A stretch of 56,844 nt of DNA from contig DATBOX010000141.1 in NCBI GenBank assembly GCA_036561685.1, positions 1-56,844 of the forward strand. Reading direction: 5' to 3'. Under the pieces are notes generated by a model. That model ran no database searches. It was not told where the DNA came from and saw only the letters and a program-made list of their open reading frames with translations. Shown here one piece after another: positions 38,060 through 46,939 of this stretch; positions within the stretch are counted from its first letter, which is position 1; each line of letters opens with the position of its first letter. The position numbers were made by a program, and so were the translations under genes. This DNA is from Candidatus Limnocylindrales bacterium (lineage in GTDB: Bacteria; Chloroflexota; Limnocylindria; Limnocylindrales; CSP1-4).

Positions 38060-40168
38060 ATGCGTACCCGGTGGCTCGTCGCGCTGCTGCTGACGGCCCT
38101 GTTGGCCAGTGCCTGCGGCGCCGCCACGACCACCCCGGGAGCGGCGAGCCCGGCCCCGAGCGGGCCGGCCAGCGCCATCGCCGCCCACCAGGTCCCACTC
38201 GGAGCGACCGCGCCCGTCGACGATGCGACATGGGCCCTGGCCGAGCGATTGACGGAAGACACCTACACCGCCGACACCACCGGTGCCATGCAGACGGCCC
38301 TCGCCCGCGCCGGTATCGCGGTCGTCGCCGATGCGAGCACCGACCCCGGCACGGACGCGCCCGAGGTCTCCCTGACGGGGCCCAGGAGCCCGTTCGAGCT
38401 GCTCGACTTCCAGGCCCATGCCCTGGCCGTGGGAGCCTGGGGTGGGGCGGGGTGGACGGGCGCCGAGCTCGATTCGGTCGTGCCCCTCCCGGCCGGCCTC
38501 TCCGGCGAAGCGCCGACCTCCGTGCTGCTGGCGGCCTACGTGGCCGCCGTGGCCACGCCGGGGGCAGCTCTCGCCCGCGCGCTCATGGCCGGCCAGGACC
38601 TGCGCGATCCAGCGACCGCCCGCTTCCCGGCCGTTGTCTTCGTCCTGTTCGTCTCCGACCTCGTGACCGACGGCGGCCGACTGGCCGGCCCAAGCGCGAG
38701 TCCGAGCGGGGCGGCCGGGCGCACGGAGCTGCTCAGTCTCGCAGCCCCTGATGCTGCGCCCGTCAAGCTCGCGGTGGCGGTCGATACCGTCTGCTCCGAT
38801 ACGGCGAACTGGATGAAGGGCATGCTGGACGGCCTGTTCAACGCCCTCAAGCTGGCCACCCCGGACAACGTGCCGGGGGCGATCGTCGCGTCGATCTGGA
38901 ACTGGATCGTCGACGTGGCCCATACCCTCGTCAACAACCTCATCGCGAGTGTCACGGCCGCGGTCATGGGGACCATCCGGAGCATCGGAGCGGCCATCGC
39001 CGCGGTCGCCGAGCAGGTGGCCACGTTCCTGCCGTACGCCGTGAAGGTCATCGCCAGCGGCGGGAACTCAGGGGCGGCCGGATTCCAACTTGGCAGCGTC
39101 CCGCTGCGGGGCACCTTCACCGCCGTCGTGAGCGCCGGCGACCTGCCGAGCCTGCCGGCCGTCCTCACCGATTGCGCTAAGACCGTCGACGTCGACGTGC
39201 CCGACTTCCGGGCGAAGCAGGTGCCGGTCACGTGGGGCCCCATCGAGTCGCTCCCCGACCCGCTGCTGGCGCCGATCGACTCGGCCGCCACGAACACCGT
39301 GACCGATGACACGGGCACCACGACGTGGGGCTTTCTGACCAGCCGTGATCCCGGCGATCCGACCGGCGAGCCGGTCGGTCAGCTCGATACCATGCCCATC
39401 GCGGTCCACCGTCCGGAGATCGAACAGGCCCGGACCAAGCTGACCGATGCCCTGCTCGGTTGGATCCCGCCCCTGGTCAAGCCGTTCGTCCTGGCCCTGT
39501 TCGCGCCCTATCTCGACGGACTGGAGGGCCGCCTGAACGCCCTGCTCGACGCGCGGGGCACGGGCACGGTGGACCTCAAGTACCACGAGAAGGCGCCACC
39601 GACGCCCTCGCCATCGACGACCCCGAGCGGATCCGGGGCCTGCGCGGTGACGCAACCCGCGGCGACCGACCAGGGCAGCCTGACCATCAAGTCGACGACG
39701 ATCATCCCACCGGGCCAGATCGACCTCGGCGAGCACGGCGGCGAGAACGACGCCGGCAGCGCCCCGCTCAGCGTCGCCGTGGGCGCAGACGGGTCGCTTA
39801 GCGGCCAGTTCACCCTCACGTCGCAGAACCACTTCGAGGCCCAGGGCATCAGCCAGGGGACGGAAGACACGACCGTCGTGGAGAACGGCAGCGTCGGCGG
39901 CACGCTGTGCGCCCTCGCCCTCCGGTTCCTCAACGAGACGATCACCGCCTGCAAGGCGACCGGCGTCCAGGCCGAACTCGGTTGCGGGCCGGTGAACACC
40001 ACGATCGACCTGACTGGGCTCATGCCGGCCGAGCCCCTGGGCGCGCCCACCGTGTCGGGCAAGACGTTCACTTGGTCGATCTCGTACGAGAACGGCTTCG
40101 ATGCCGGCTTCGGCGGGCTCGGCGGCGAGGTCCAATCGACGCTGACGATGACCCTGACCGCGCCTTAG
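38060..40168 (+). CDS. Large orphan lipoprotein (702 aa) with a central hydrophobic/amphipathic helical segment
   Basis: Lipobox LLASAC. The ATG lies 2 nt after the upstream stop. Strong GC3 bias throughout. I recognise no family. Confidence 0.7.
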   Translation: MRTRWLVALLLTALLASACGAATTTPGAASPAPSGPASAIAAHQVPLGATAPVDDATWALAERLTEDTYTADTTGAMQTALARAGIAVVADASTDPGTDAPEVSLTGPRSPFELLDFQAHALAVGAWGGAGWTGAELDSVVPLPAGLSGEAPTSVLLAAYVAAVATPGAALARALMAGQDLRDPATARFPAVVFVLFVSDLVTDGGRLAGPSASPSGAAGRTELLSLAAPDAAPVKLAVAVDTVCSDTANWMKGMLDGLFNALKLATPDNVPGAIVASIWNWIVDVAHTLVNNLIASVTAAVMGTIRSIGAAIAAVAEQVATFLPYAVKVIASGGNSGAAGFQLGSVPLRGTFTAVVSAGDLPSLPAVLTDCAKTVDVDVPDFRAKQVPVTWGPIESLPDPLLAPIDSAATNTVTDDTGTTTWGFLTSRDPGDPTGEPVGQLDTMPIAVHRPEIEQARTKLTDALLGWIPPLVKPFVLALFAPYLDGLEGRLNALLDARGTGTVDLKYHEKAPPTPSPSTTPSGSGACAVTQPAATDQGSLTIKSTTIIPPGQIDLGEHGGENDAGSAPLSVAVGADGSLSGQFTLTSQNHFEAQGISQGTEDTTVVENGSVGGTLCALALRFLNETITACKATGVQAELGCGPVNTTIDLTGLMPAEPLGAPTVSGKTFTWSISYENGFDAGFGGLGGEVQSTLTMTLTAP

Positions 40169-40184
40169 GCATCCCAACCTGGCC

Positions 40185-40205
40185 ACCTGCGGCCGTGATC
40201 CGCAG
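40185..40205 (+). promoter_or_regulatory. Second copy of the 21-nt hairpin core (ACCTGCGGCCGTGATCCGCAG) in the gap before paralogue 3
   Basis: Identical to 34014-34034. The following ~30 nt, including GATCGGAG-N6-ATG, also align with the 34037-34062 leader. Confidence 0.45.
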
Positions 40206-40226
40206 CTCACTCTGATCGGAGTCGAT

Positions 40227-40853
40227 ATGTCGATGCGAACCTTCGTGTCTCGATGCCTGTCCATCGCGGCCCTGAGCATGGTTCTCGCCGCCTGCGCCGG
40301 GGCAGGCTCGCCGGGTGCCGCCAGCCAACCGGCGGACGGGGGAAGCCAGACCCTGCAGCCAGGCGGGACCGCGGCCGCCGCCCCTGCCGGCAGTGGCGCC
40401 GAGCCGGTGACCGGCCATGTCGGCGACAAGCTCACCTTCTCCGAGTACGGCGGTGCCCAGGCCGACGGCACGCTCGTCAAGGTCCTCGACCCGGTCACCG
40501 ACACGGACCAGTACCCGGCCGTGCTCCCGACCGGGACACACTGGGTCGGGGTGGAGCTGATCCTCGACAACCACTCCCCCGACTACATGAACGAGGCGTC
40601 CCAGGTGGATGCGACCACCTCCGCTGGCGCCACGATCATGGAGGGCGACCCGGCGAACGGGAACAGCGGAATCTACGGCTACGCGGGATGCACCCCGACC
40701 GACGCCGGCAACGAGCAGGACGTCCAGCCCTTCACCCACTGCTACGGCTTCGTGGTGCCCGACGGCCAAACGCTCACCCAGGTGGGGGTGAAGGTCGGGG
40801 AGGTCGCGACGTTCGACCGGGTGACCGACGAGGCGATCTGGAAGGTGCCGTGA
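40227..40853 (+). CDS. Secreted lipoprotein, DUF4352/Mpt63-like, paralogue 3
   Basis: Lipobox VLAAC. GHVGDKL, TLVKVLDP and WVGVELILDNHS blocks, FVVPDGQTLT, C-terminal AIWKVP. Confidence 0.78.
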   Translation: MSMRTFVSRCLSIAALSMVLAACAGAGSPGAASQPADGGSQTLQPGGTAAAAPAGSGAEPVTGHVGDKLTFSEYGGAQADGTLVKVLDPVTDTDQYPAVLPTGTHWVGVELILDNHSPDYMNEASQVDATTSAGATIMEGDPANGNSGIYGYAGCTPTDAGNEQDVQPFTHCYGFVVPDGQTLTQVGVKVGEVATFDRVTDEAIWKVP

Positions 40854-40918
40854 TCTCCGCGCCACACGAGCTCAGCCGGGCGGGTCGTACGCTGACGGTG
40901 ACCCTGACCGCGCCATAG
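40854..40918 (+). pseudogene. Remnant of the 3' end of a second copy of the 702-aa lipoprotein gene
   Basis: gctgacggtgaccctgaccgcgccatag (40891-40918) matches gctgacgatgaccctgaccgcgccttag (40141-40168). Both read TLT(M/V)TLTAP-stop. Confidence 0.6.
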
Positions 40919-40932
40919 GCGATGATGCGGGC

Positions 40933-41418
40933 GTGAGTACCCGCCACGAACCACCGGGAGGCGCGTTCCGCTACCAGCACGCCATCGAGGTCCGCTTCAG
41001 CGATACGGACGCCATGGGCCACGTCAACAACGCGGTCTACCTGACCTACTTCGAGCTCGCCCGCGCGGGCTACTACCAGGCCGTGACAGGCCGCGTGTTC
41101 GAGACGCTCGCCGAGACCGATCGCTCGATGATCATGGCCCACGCCCGCGTGGAGTACCGCGCGCCGACCTTCTTCGGGGAGACCGTCATCGTGGCCTGCC
41201 GCGCCGCGTGGGTCAGCCGCTCGTCGTTCTCGCTCGTCTATCGACTCTTGGCCGCGGACGACTCACCGCGCGGCGGGGGCCGGCTGCTGGCCGACGGTGA
41301 GACGATCCAGGTCACCTACGACTACGCCAGCGGTCGGGCGACACGCCTCGACCCCGAGATGGTGCGCGCCATGGAGGCGTACGAAGGGCAGCGCATCCCG
41401 CCCCGCCCGGGCACCTAG
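40933..41418 (+). CDS. Acyl-CoA thioesterase, 4HBT/YbgC-like hotdog fold
   Basis: VRFSDTDAMGHVNNAVYLTYFELAR motif. GTG start. Confidence 0.82.
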   Translation: MSTRHEPPGGAFRYQHAIEVRFSDTDAMGHVNNAVYLTYFELARAGYYQAVTGRVFETLAETDRSMIMAHARVEYRAPTFFGETVIVACRAAWVSRSSFSLVYRLLAADDSPRGGGRLLADGETIQVTYDYASGRATRLDPEMVRAMEAYEGQRIPPRPGT

Positions 41419-42332
41419 GCAGGCTCGCTCCGGCGAGCCTCCAGCGCCTTCTCGAACGCGGCCAGCTCCTCGTCGGGCAGGCCGTAGGTGTGGCGCTCCT
41501 CCGGGAAGGCCCGGCTGCGTACGTCGGCCGCGTAGGCCTCCAGGGCGGCGCGGGTCGACCCGGCGAGGTCGGCATAGGCTTTCACGAAGCGCGGCGCCTG
41601 GCCCTGGGTCAGGCCGAGCAGGTCGTGCCAGACGAGCACCTGGCCGTCGCATCCGACGCCCGAGCCGATGCCGATGGTGGGGACCTTGAGGAGCCGGCTG
41701 ATGTGCTCCGCCGCCGGCGCCGAGACGGCCTCGAGCACGATGGCGAAGCAGCCCGCGGCCTGCAACGCCAGCGCGTCGTCAAGGAGCCGCATCGCCTTGG
41801 CGGCCGTGCGGCCCTGGGCCTTGAAGCCACCCAGCATCGTCACGCTCTGGGGCGTCAGGCCCAGGTGGCCCATGACGGGGATGCCGGCTTGGGCGAGGGC
41901 CCGGGCGCGGTCGACCGACGGGCCGGCCCCCTCCAGCTTGACCCCGTCGGCGCCGGCCTCCTTGACCAGCCGGATGCTGCTCTCGATGGCCTGCTGGTCG
42001 GAGACCTGGTACGAACCGAAGGGCAGGTCGCCCAGGAGGAAGGCATGCTTCGTGCCCCGCCGGGCGGCCCGGGTCAGCATGACCATCTCGTCCATCGTGA
42101 CCGGCGTGGTGCCGTCGTAGCCGAGCATGTTGTTGGCGGCCGAATCGCCGACCAGGATGATGTCCACCCCGGCCTCATCGGCCAGGCGGGCGCTGGGGGC
42201 GTCGTAGGCGGTGACCATCACGATCGGCTCGCGCCGCGCCTTGAGATCGCTGAAGGCCGTGAGCTGCAGGTGCATGGCCCGGGCGGCGCTCATGGCCGAG
42301 GCGTCCGCGCGGGGCCGGGCGGTGGTCGTCAT
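41415..42332 (-). CDS. panB: 3-methyl-2-oxobutanoate hydroxymethyltransferase
   Basis: VTAYDAPSARL...ILVGDSAANNMLGY...VKLEG motifs. Confidence 0.92.
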   Translation of the reverse strand: MTTTARPRADASAMSAARAMHLQLTAFSDLKARREPIVMVTAYDAPSARLADEAGVDIILVGDSAANNMLGYDGTTPVTMDEMVMLTRAARRGTKHAFLLGDLPFGSYQVSDQQAIESSIRLVKEAGADGVKLEGAGPSVDRARALAQAGIPVMGHLGLTPQSVTMLGGFKAQGRTAAKAMRLLDDALALQAAGCFAIVLEAVSAPAAEHISRLLKVPTIGIGSGVGCDGQVLVWHDLLGLTQGQAPRFVKAYADLAGSTRAALEAYAADVRSRAFPEERHTYGLPDEELAAFEKALEARRSEPA

Positions 42333-43129
42333 CGCGGCTGGGTCTCCCGTGGCGGCGGATCGAGGGTCACATTATCGATGAGGCGTGTCGAGCCTACCCG
42401 CACGGCCGCCGCGAGCACGTGGGGCTCCAGGTCGGCGACCTCCACGTAGTCGGGCTCGAGGCCGGCCTCGCGCAGGACGGCCAGGGCGGCCGCCCGATCG
42501 CGGGTGGCGAGGGCGCGCGGCAGCGCCAGGGCCTGCGCTCGCTCGGCCGGCGAGAGGCGGGCATTGCGTGACGAGAGGGCCAGGCCGTCGGCATCGCGGA
42601 CGGTCGGCACGACCCGCAGGCGGACGGGCAGGTCCAGGTCCCGGAGCACGGTGCGGATGACCGCCACCTGCTGGGCGTCCTTCTGGCCGAAGTAGGCCAC
42701 GTCGGGGGCCACGATGTGCAGCAGCTTGACGACGATGGTGGCCACGCCGCGGAAATGCCCCGGACGATGGACGCCCTCCAGGATCGACCCCAGGCGTTCC
42801 GCCTCGATCCAGGTCTGGTACCCCGGCGGATACAGCTCGCCGGCCTCCGGGGCGAAGACGAGGTCCACGCCGGCCGCCTGCGCTGCCGCCAGATCCTGCG
42901 GCTCATCGCGGGGGTACGCGGCGAGGTCGGGGCCCTCGCCGAACTGCGCCGGGTTGACGAAGAGGCTCATCACGACCGTGGTGCACTCGGCCCGCGCCGC
43001 GTCCAGCAGCGCGCGGTGACCGGCATGCAGGGCGCCCATCGTGGGCACGAGGCCGAGCGGACGGCCGGACGTCCGCCGCCGCTCGGCGATCGCGGCGCGG
43101 GCCTCGGGGATCGTCCGGACGACTTGCAT
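42329..43129 (-). CDS. panC: Pantoate--beta-alanine ligase
   Basis: VPTMGALHAGH and FGQKDAQQ motifs. 4-nt overlap with panB. Confidence 0.92.
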   Translation of the reverse strand: MQVVRTIPEARAAIAERRRTSGRPLGLVPTMGALHAGHRALLDAARAECTTVVMSLFVNPAQFGEGPDLAAYPRDEPQDLAAAQAAGVDLVFAPEAGELYPPGYQTWIEAERLGSILEGVHRPGHFRGVATIVVKLLHIVAPDVAYFGQKDAQQVAVIRTVLRDLDLPVRLRVVPTVRDADGLALSSRNARLSPAERAQALALPRALATRDRAAALAVLREAGLEPDYVEVADLEPHVLAAAVRVGSTRLIDNVTLDPPPRETQPR

Positions 43130-43142
43130 GGGCTGGCCGGCG

Positions 43143-44411
43143 TCAGGCCTCGAAGCGCCGGAAGATCGCCACCGCGTTCTGGCCGCCGAAGCCGAAGCCG
43201 TTGATCATGGCCGTGTCGACGCGGTGCTGGCGGGCCACGAGGGGCACGTAGTCGAGGTCGCACTCGGGCAGGTCGGGATGCTCCAGGTTGGCCGTCGGGG
43301 CGATGAGGCCCTCGCGGATCGCGCCGAGCGCCGTGAGGGCGCTGATGACGCCGGCCGCGCCGAGCAGGTGCCCGACCATCGACTTGGGCGAGCTGATGGG
43401 GCGTCCGTAGGCGTGCGGGCCGAAGGCGGCCTTGATGGCCCGTGTCTCGGTCACGTCGTTGAGCGGCGTGGAGGTCCCGTGGGCCACGATGTAGTCGATC
43501 TCGTCGGGCGCCACCCCGGCGTCGCGCATGGCCATGGTCATGGCCCGTGCCGCGCCCCGGCCGGTCGGCTCGGGGGCACTGATGTGGAACGCGTCGGCCG
43601 TGAGGGCCGCCCCGATGACCTCGGCGTGGATGGTCGCACCGCGCTCCAGCGCGTGCGCCGCGCTCTCCAGCATCACCGCTCCCGCCCCCTCGCCGAACAG
43701 GAAGCCGTCGCGGTCGCGATCGAAGGGCCGCGACGCGTGGGTCGGATCGGCGTTGCGCTTGGACAGGGCGCCCATGTTGCCCAGGGCAGCGAACCCGATC
43801 GGCAGCAAGGCGGCCTCGGAGCCGCCGGCGAGCACCACGTCGACCTCGCCACGCTGGATCAGGCGCAGCCCGTCCAGGAACGCGATGACCGAGCTGGCGC
43901 AGGCCGCGACCTGGGTGATGACCGGACCGGTCAGGCCGTACTCCATGGAGAGCTGGCAGGCGGCCATCGAGCCGGAGAGGGCGGGGATGGCGAAGGGGCT
44001 CACGAACTGGGGCCCGCGCTGCTCGACCGTGTGCGTGCCGTCCACGATCTGCTCCAGGCCGCCGCCACCGGTGTTGAAGGCGACGGCGGCGCGGTCGCGC
44101 TGCTCGGGGGACCACGTGGTGAAGTCGAGGCCGCTGTCGGCGACCGCCTCCTTGCCGGCGGCCATGGCCAGGTGGATGAAGCGGCTCATGCGGCGCGCCA
44201 TCTTGCGGTCCATGACCGTGGTCGGGTCGAAGTCCTTGACCTCGGCGGCGATGCGGACCTCGTACCGGCTGGCGTCGAAGCTCGTGATGGGCCCGCCGCC
44301 GTTGACGCCGGCCACGAGGTTGCGCCAGAACGTGGGGTGGTCGTTGCCGATGGGCGTGATGGCGCCCAGTCCGGTGACCACGGCGCGACGGGCGAGGTCC
44401 TGCTCAGGCAC
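43143..44411 (-). CDS. fabF: Beta-ketoacyl-ACP synthase II
   Basis: RRAVVTGLGAITPIG start, active-site ACASS, and HGTSTP / GHLLGAAG motifs. The start is uncertain (GTG 44411 or 44423); the ORF-track ATG 44552 adds Arg-rich junk. Confidence 0.88.
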   Translation of the reverse strand: MPEQDLARRAVVTGLGAITPIGNDHPTFWRNLVAGVNGGGPITSFDASRYEVRIAAEVKDFDPTTVMDRKMARRMSRFIHLAMAAGKEAVADSGLDFTTWSPEQRDRAAVAFNTGGGGLEQIVDGTHTVEQRGPQFVSPFAIPALSGSMAACQLSMEYGLTGPVITQVAACASSVIAFLDGLRLIQRGEVDVVLAGGSEAALLPIGFAALGNMGALSKRNADPTHASRPFDRDRDGFLFGEGAGAVMLESAAHALERGATIHAEVIGAALTADAFHISAPEPTGRGAARAMTMAMRDAGVAPDEIDYIVAHGTSTPLNDVTETRAIKAAFGPHAYGRPISSPKSMVGHLLGAAGVISALTALGAIREGLIAPTANLEHPDLPECDLDYVPLVARQHRVDTAMINGFGFGGQNAVAIFRRFEA

Positions 44412-45327
44412 GGCCGGCTTCACTCCTGGGGTGGGGACCCCGATCGTACCGCGCGGCGCGGCCGTCGCGAGCGGCGCGGGCGTCGGCGGCCCTGGCCTGC
44501 GGCATCGCCCGCCACGCCCGCGGCATGACGTGGACCCACAGGCGGATGGCACGATCCAGGCCGGCCGCCAGCCGCGCCCGGCGAGGCCCCCACGGCAGTC
44601 CGTAGCCCTCGCGGATCGACGCCGGCAGGAGGGCTACCGCCGGCAGGGTCATCAAGGCGGCCACCGGTCCCGGCAGGAACGGCAGCGGCGCGCGCACCAC
44701 GAGGCGCCCCAGGCGTCGCCCGGCGGCCGTGACGCGAACCGGTCCCGTGGGGCCAAGCATGCGGGCCATGTAGGCCTCGAAGGCCGGCCAATCGGCGGGA
44801 CTGTCATCGAGCGGGATGCCCAGGCGCGCCCCGACCAGCCGCGCCTCACCCCAGAAGGCCGCCCGATCCTCCGCCGTCAGCCGCCCCACCCATCGCTCGT
44901 ATGCCTGGACGCTCGTCCAGATGAGCGTCGCCTGGACCCACAGCAGGAGCGCCGGGTCCAGGGCCCGGTACCGTGCCGCGAGCGCGCGGGCGTCCGGATC
45001 GGCCGCCTCACCGCGCACGGTGGCATGGACCCCGTTGAGGCGCCGCACGGCCGCCTCGGCCGTCGGGCCGTCGCCGAAGACCAGGGCGAGCGTGGTGCGC
45101 AGCGTGCGGCGCAGGCGCCCCGCCGGGTCCGCCTCGAAGTCGCTGTGGGCGGCCACGCCCTCGGCCACCAGGGGATGCGCCAGCTGCAGCAGGAGGGCCG
45201 TGGGCCCCGCGCCGAGCAGGACCGCCTCGCGGTTGATGCGCCACATGCGGCTCCCCGGCCCGTAGAAGCCCAGGACGGGGTCGGGCTTCAGCGCGGCAGG
45301 GCCCGTGGTTCGAGGGGCACGTCCCAA
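44404..45327 (-). CDS. MpaB/DUF2236-family (rubber-oxygenase-like) protein
   Basis: LGFYGPGSRMWRINREAVLLGAGPTALLLQLAHPLVAEGV is a typical DUF2236 N-terminus. Confidence 0.75.
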   Translation of the reverse strand: MGRAPRTTGPAALKPDPVLGFYGPGSRMWRINREAVLLGAGPTALLLQLAHPLVAEGVAAHSDFEADPAGRLRRTLRTTLALVFGDGPTAEAAVRRLNGVHATVRGEAADPDARALAARYRALDPALLLWVQATLIWTSVQAYERWVGRLTAEDRAAFWGEARLVGARLGIPLDDSPADWPAFEAYMARMLGPTGPVRVTAAGRRLGRLVVRAPLPFLPGPVAALMTLPAVALLPASIREGYGLPWGPRRARLAAGLDRAIRLWVHVMPRAWRAMPQARAADARAARDGRAARYDRGPHPRSEAGRA

Positions 45328-45656
45328 TGGGCCTCCAGCAGCTCGAAGCGGTGGCGCTCCTCCGCCTGGTACCGCGCCTGGTCGGGGAAGAGGCGGGCCG
45401 CGATGGCCGCCTCGCTGTGGGCCTCCATGGCCGACCAGTCACGGTAGGTGATGGTCACCATGACGGTCCAGTCGGCCCGGCCGTCGCCGTGGAAGCGGGG
45501 CACGTAGGCCTGGACGTCAAGGAAGCGGCCGGCCGCCAGCTGTTCCCGGAGCAACGGCCAGTGGTTGCGCTCGAAGAGCTCCAGGAACTCCTCCTGGGCG
45601 CCCCACCGGACGCGGTAGAAGTAGGCGACGGTGACCGGTGCGCCGGCGTCGGCCAT
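45288..45656 (-). CDS. Small hypothetical protein (122 aa), possibly a ferredoxin-like alpha+beta barrel
   Basis: GC3-biased ORF 3 nt downstream of the KAS gene. I do not recognise the family with confidence. Confidence 0.5.
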   Translation of the reverse strand: MADAGAPVTVAYFYRVRWGAQEEFLELFERNHWPLLREQLAAGRFLDVQAYVPRFHGDGRADWTVMVTITYRDWSAMEAHSEAAIAARLFPDQARYQAEERHRFELLEAHWDVPLEPRALPR

Positions 45657-45659
45657 CCG

Positions 45660-46925
45660 TCAGTCGCCGTCGTAGCGCTTGAAGATCACCGCGCCATTGT
45701 GGCCGCCGAGGCCCACGTTGTCGCTGATGGCATAGCGGATGGGCATGGAGCGGGACGACCCGTGGACGACGTTGAGGTTGATCTCCGGGTCGGGGTCGCG
45801 GTAGTTCAGGGTGGCCGGTGCGCACTGGTGGTAGACCGACAGCACGGTGAAGATCCCCTCGACGGCCCCGGCGGCCCCCATGAGGTGGCCGGTCATGGAC
45901 TTCGTGCCGCTGATGGCGATCTCCGGCGTGCGATCGCCGAAGACCGCCCAGAAGGCCTGTGCCTCGCGCAGGTCGCCAAGCGGCGTGGACGTCCCGTGCG
46001 GGTTGATGAGGTCGATCTCGTCGCGCGGCACGCCGTGCCGCTCCAGGGCCATCTCGATGGCCCGCCGCGTCCCGTCGCCCTTCTCCACCGGCTGGATGAG
46101 GTCCCACGCGTCGGCCGCGGAGCCGAAGCCGACCACCTCGGCGTAGATGCGGGCCCCGCGCGCCCTGGCGTGCTCGAGATCCTCGACGACCATGGCCCCG
46201 GCGCCCTCACCCAGGACGAACCCGTCGCGCGTCCGGTCGAACGGCCGCGAGATCGTCTCGAGCGGCTCGCCCTCCCGCGGCGTGCCCATGCCCCGCATGT
46301 TGGAGAAGCCGATGTAGCCGACTTCGAAGAGGGGCGTCTCCGTCGAGCCGCAGATGGCGGCCACGAAGTCGCCCCGCCGGATGCCCTCCGCCGCCTCCCC
46401 GATGTTGTGGGTGCCCGTCGAGCAGGCCGTGACGATGCACATGTTGGCGCCGCGTGCACCGGTCTCGATGGCGATCTGGCCCGACGCGGTGTCGGGCAGC
46501 ATGTTGGCGATGAAGAACGGACTGACCAGCCGCGGGCCCTTCGTCTCCCACGTCTGGATGGCCTCCATCATGAGTCCCGGGCCGCCCACGCCCGAGCCGA
46601 AGACCACGCCGACGTCCTCGCTGTTCTGGGGCGTGATGGCCAGGCCGGAGTCGGCCACGGCCTGCTTGGCGGCGGCCACCCCGAACACGACGTTCTTGTC
46701 GGTGCGCCGCACCGCCTTGAAGTCCATCCAGGCGTTGGCGTCGAAATCGTGGACCTCGCCGGCGGCCTGACATTCCAGCTTGGAGGGGTCCCAATAGGTG
46801 ATCCGGCGCAGGCCGCTGTGCCCCTCGACGAGGTTGTGCCACGCGGTCGGGATGTCCTGACCGACGGGGCTGATGATGCCGAGGCCGGTGATGGCCACAC
46901 GGCGGGAGAAGTCGGGTCGACGCAT
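45660..46925 (-). CDS. Beta-ketoacyl-ACP synthase II (second KAS paralogue)
   Basis: RRVAITGLGIISPVG start, active-site TACSTG, and HGTSTP / GHLMGAAG motifs. Confidence 0.9.
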   Translation of the reverse strand: MRRPDFSRRVAITGLGIISPVGQDIPTAWHNLVEGHSGLRRITYWDPSKLECQAAGEVHDFDANAWMDFKAVRRTDKNVVFGVAAAKQAVADSGLAITPQNSEDVGVVFGSGVGGPGLMMEAIQTWETKGPRLVSPFFIANMLPDTASGQIAIETGARGANMCIVTACSTGTHNIGEAAEGIRRGDFVAAICGSTETPLFEVGYIGFSNMRGMGTPREGEPLETISRPFDRTRDGFVLGEGAGAMVVEDLEHARARGARIYAEVVGFGSAADAWDLIQPVEKGDGTRRAIEMALERHGVPRDEIDLINPHGTSTPLGDLREAQAFWAVFGDRTPEIAISGTKSMTGHLMGAAGAVEGIFTVLSVYHQCAPATLNYRDPDPEINLNVVHGSSRSMPIRYAISDNVGLGGHNGAVIFKRYDGD

Positions 46926-46939
46926 GGGCGGGCGGTCTC

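Noticed and set aside
40253-40918. 221-aa ORF overlapping lipoprotein paralogue 3 in another frame
   Set aside because: Arg-rich shadow translation. Only its last ~10 codons are meaningful, as a relic of the 702-aa gene tail (reported as a remnant).
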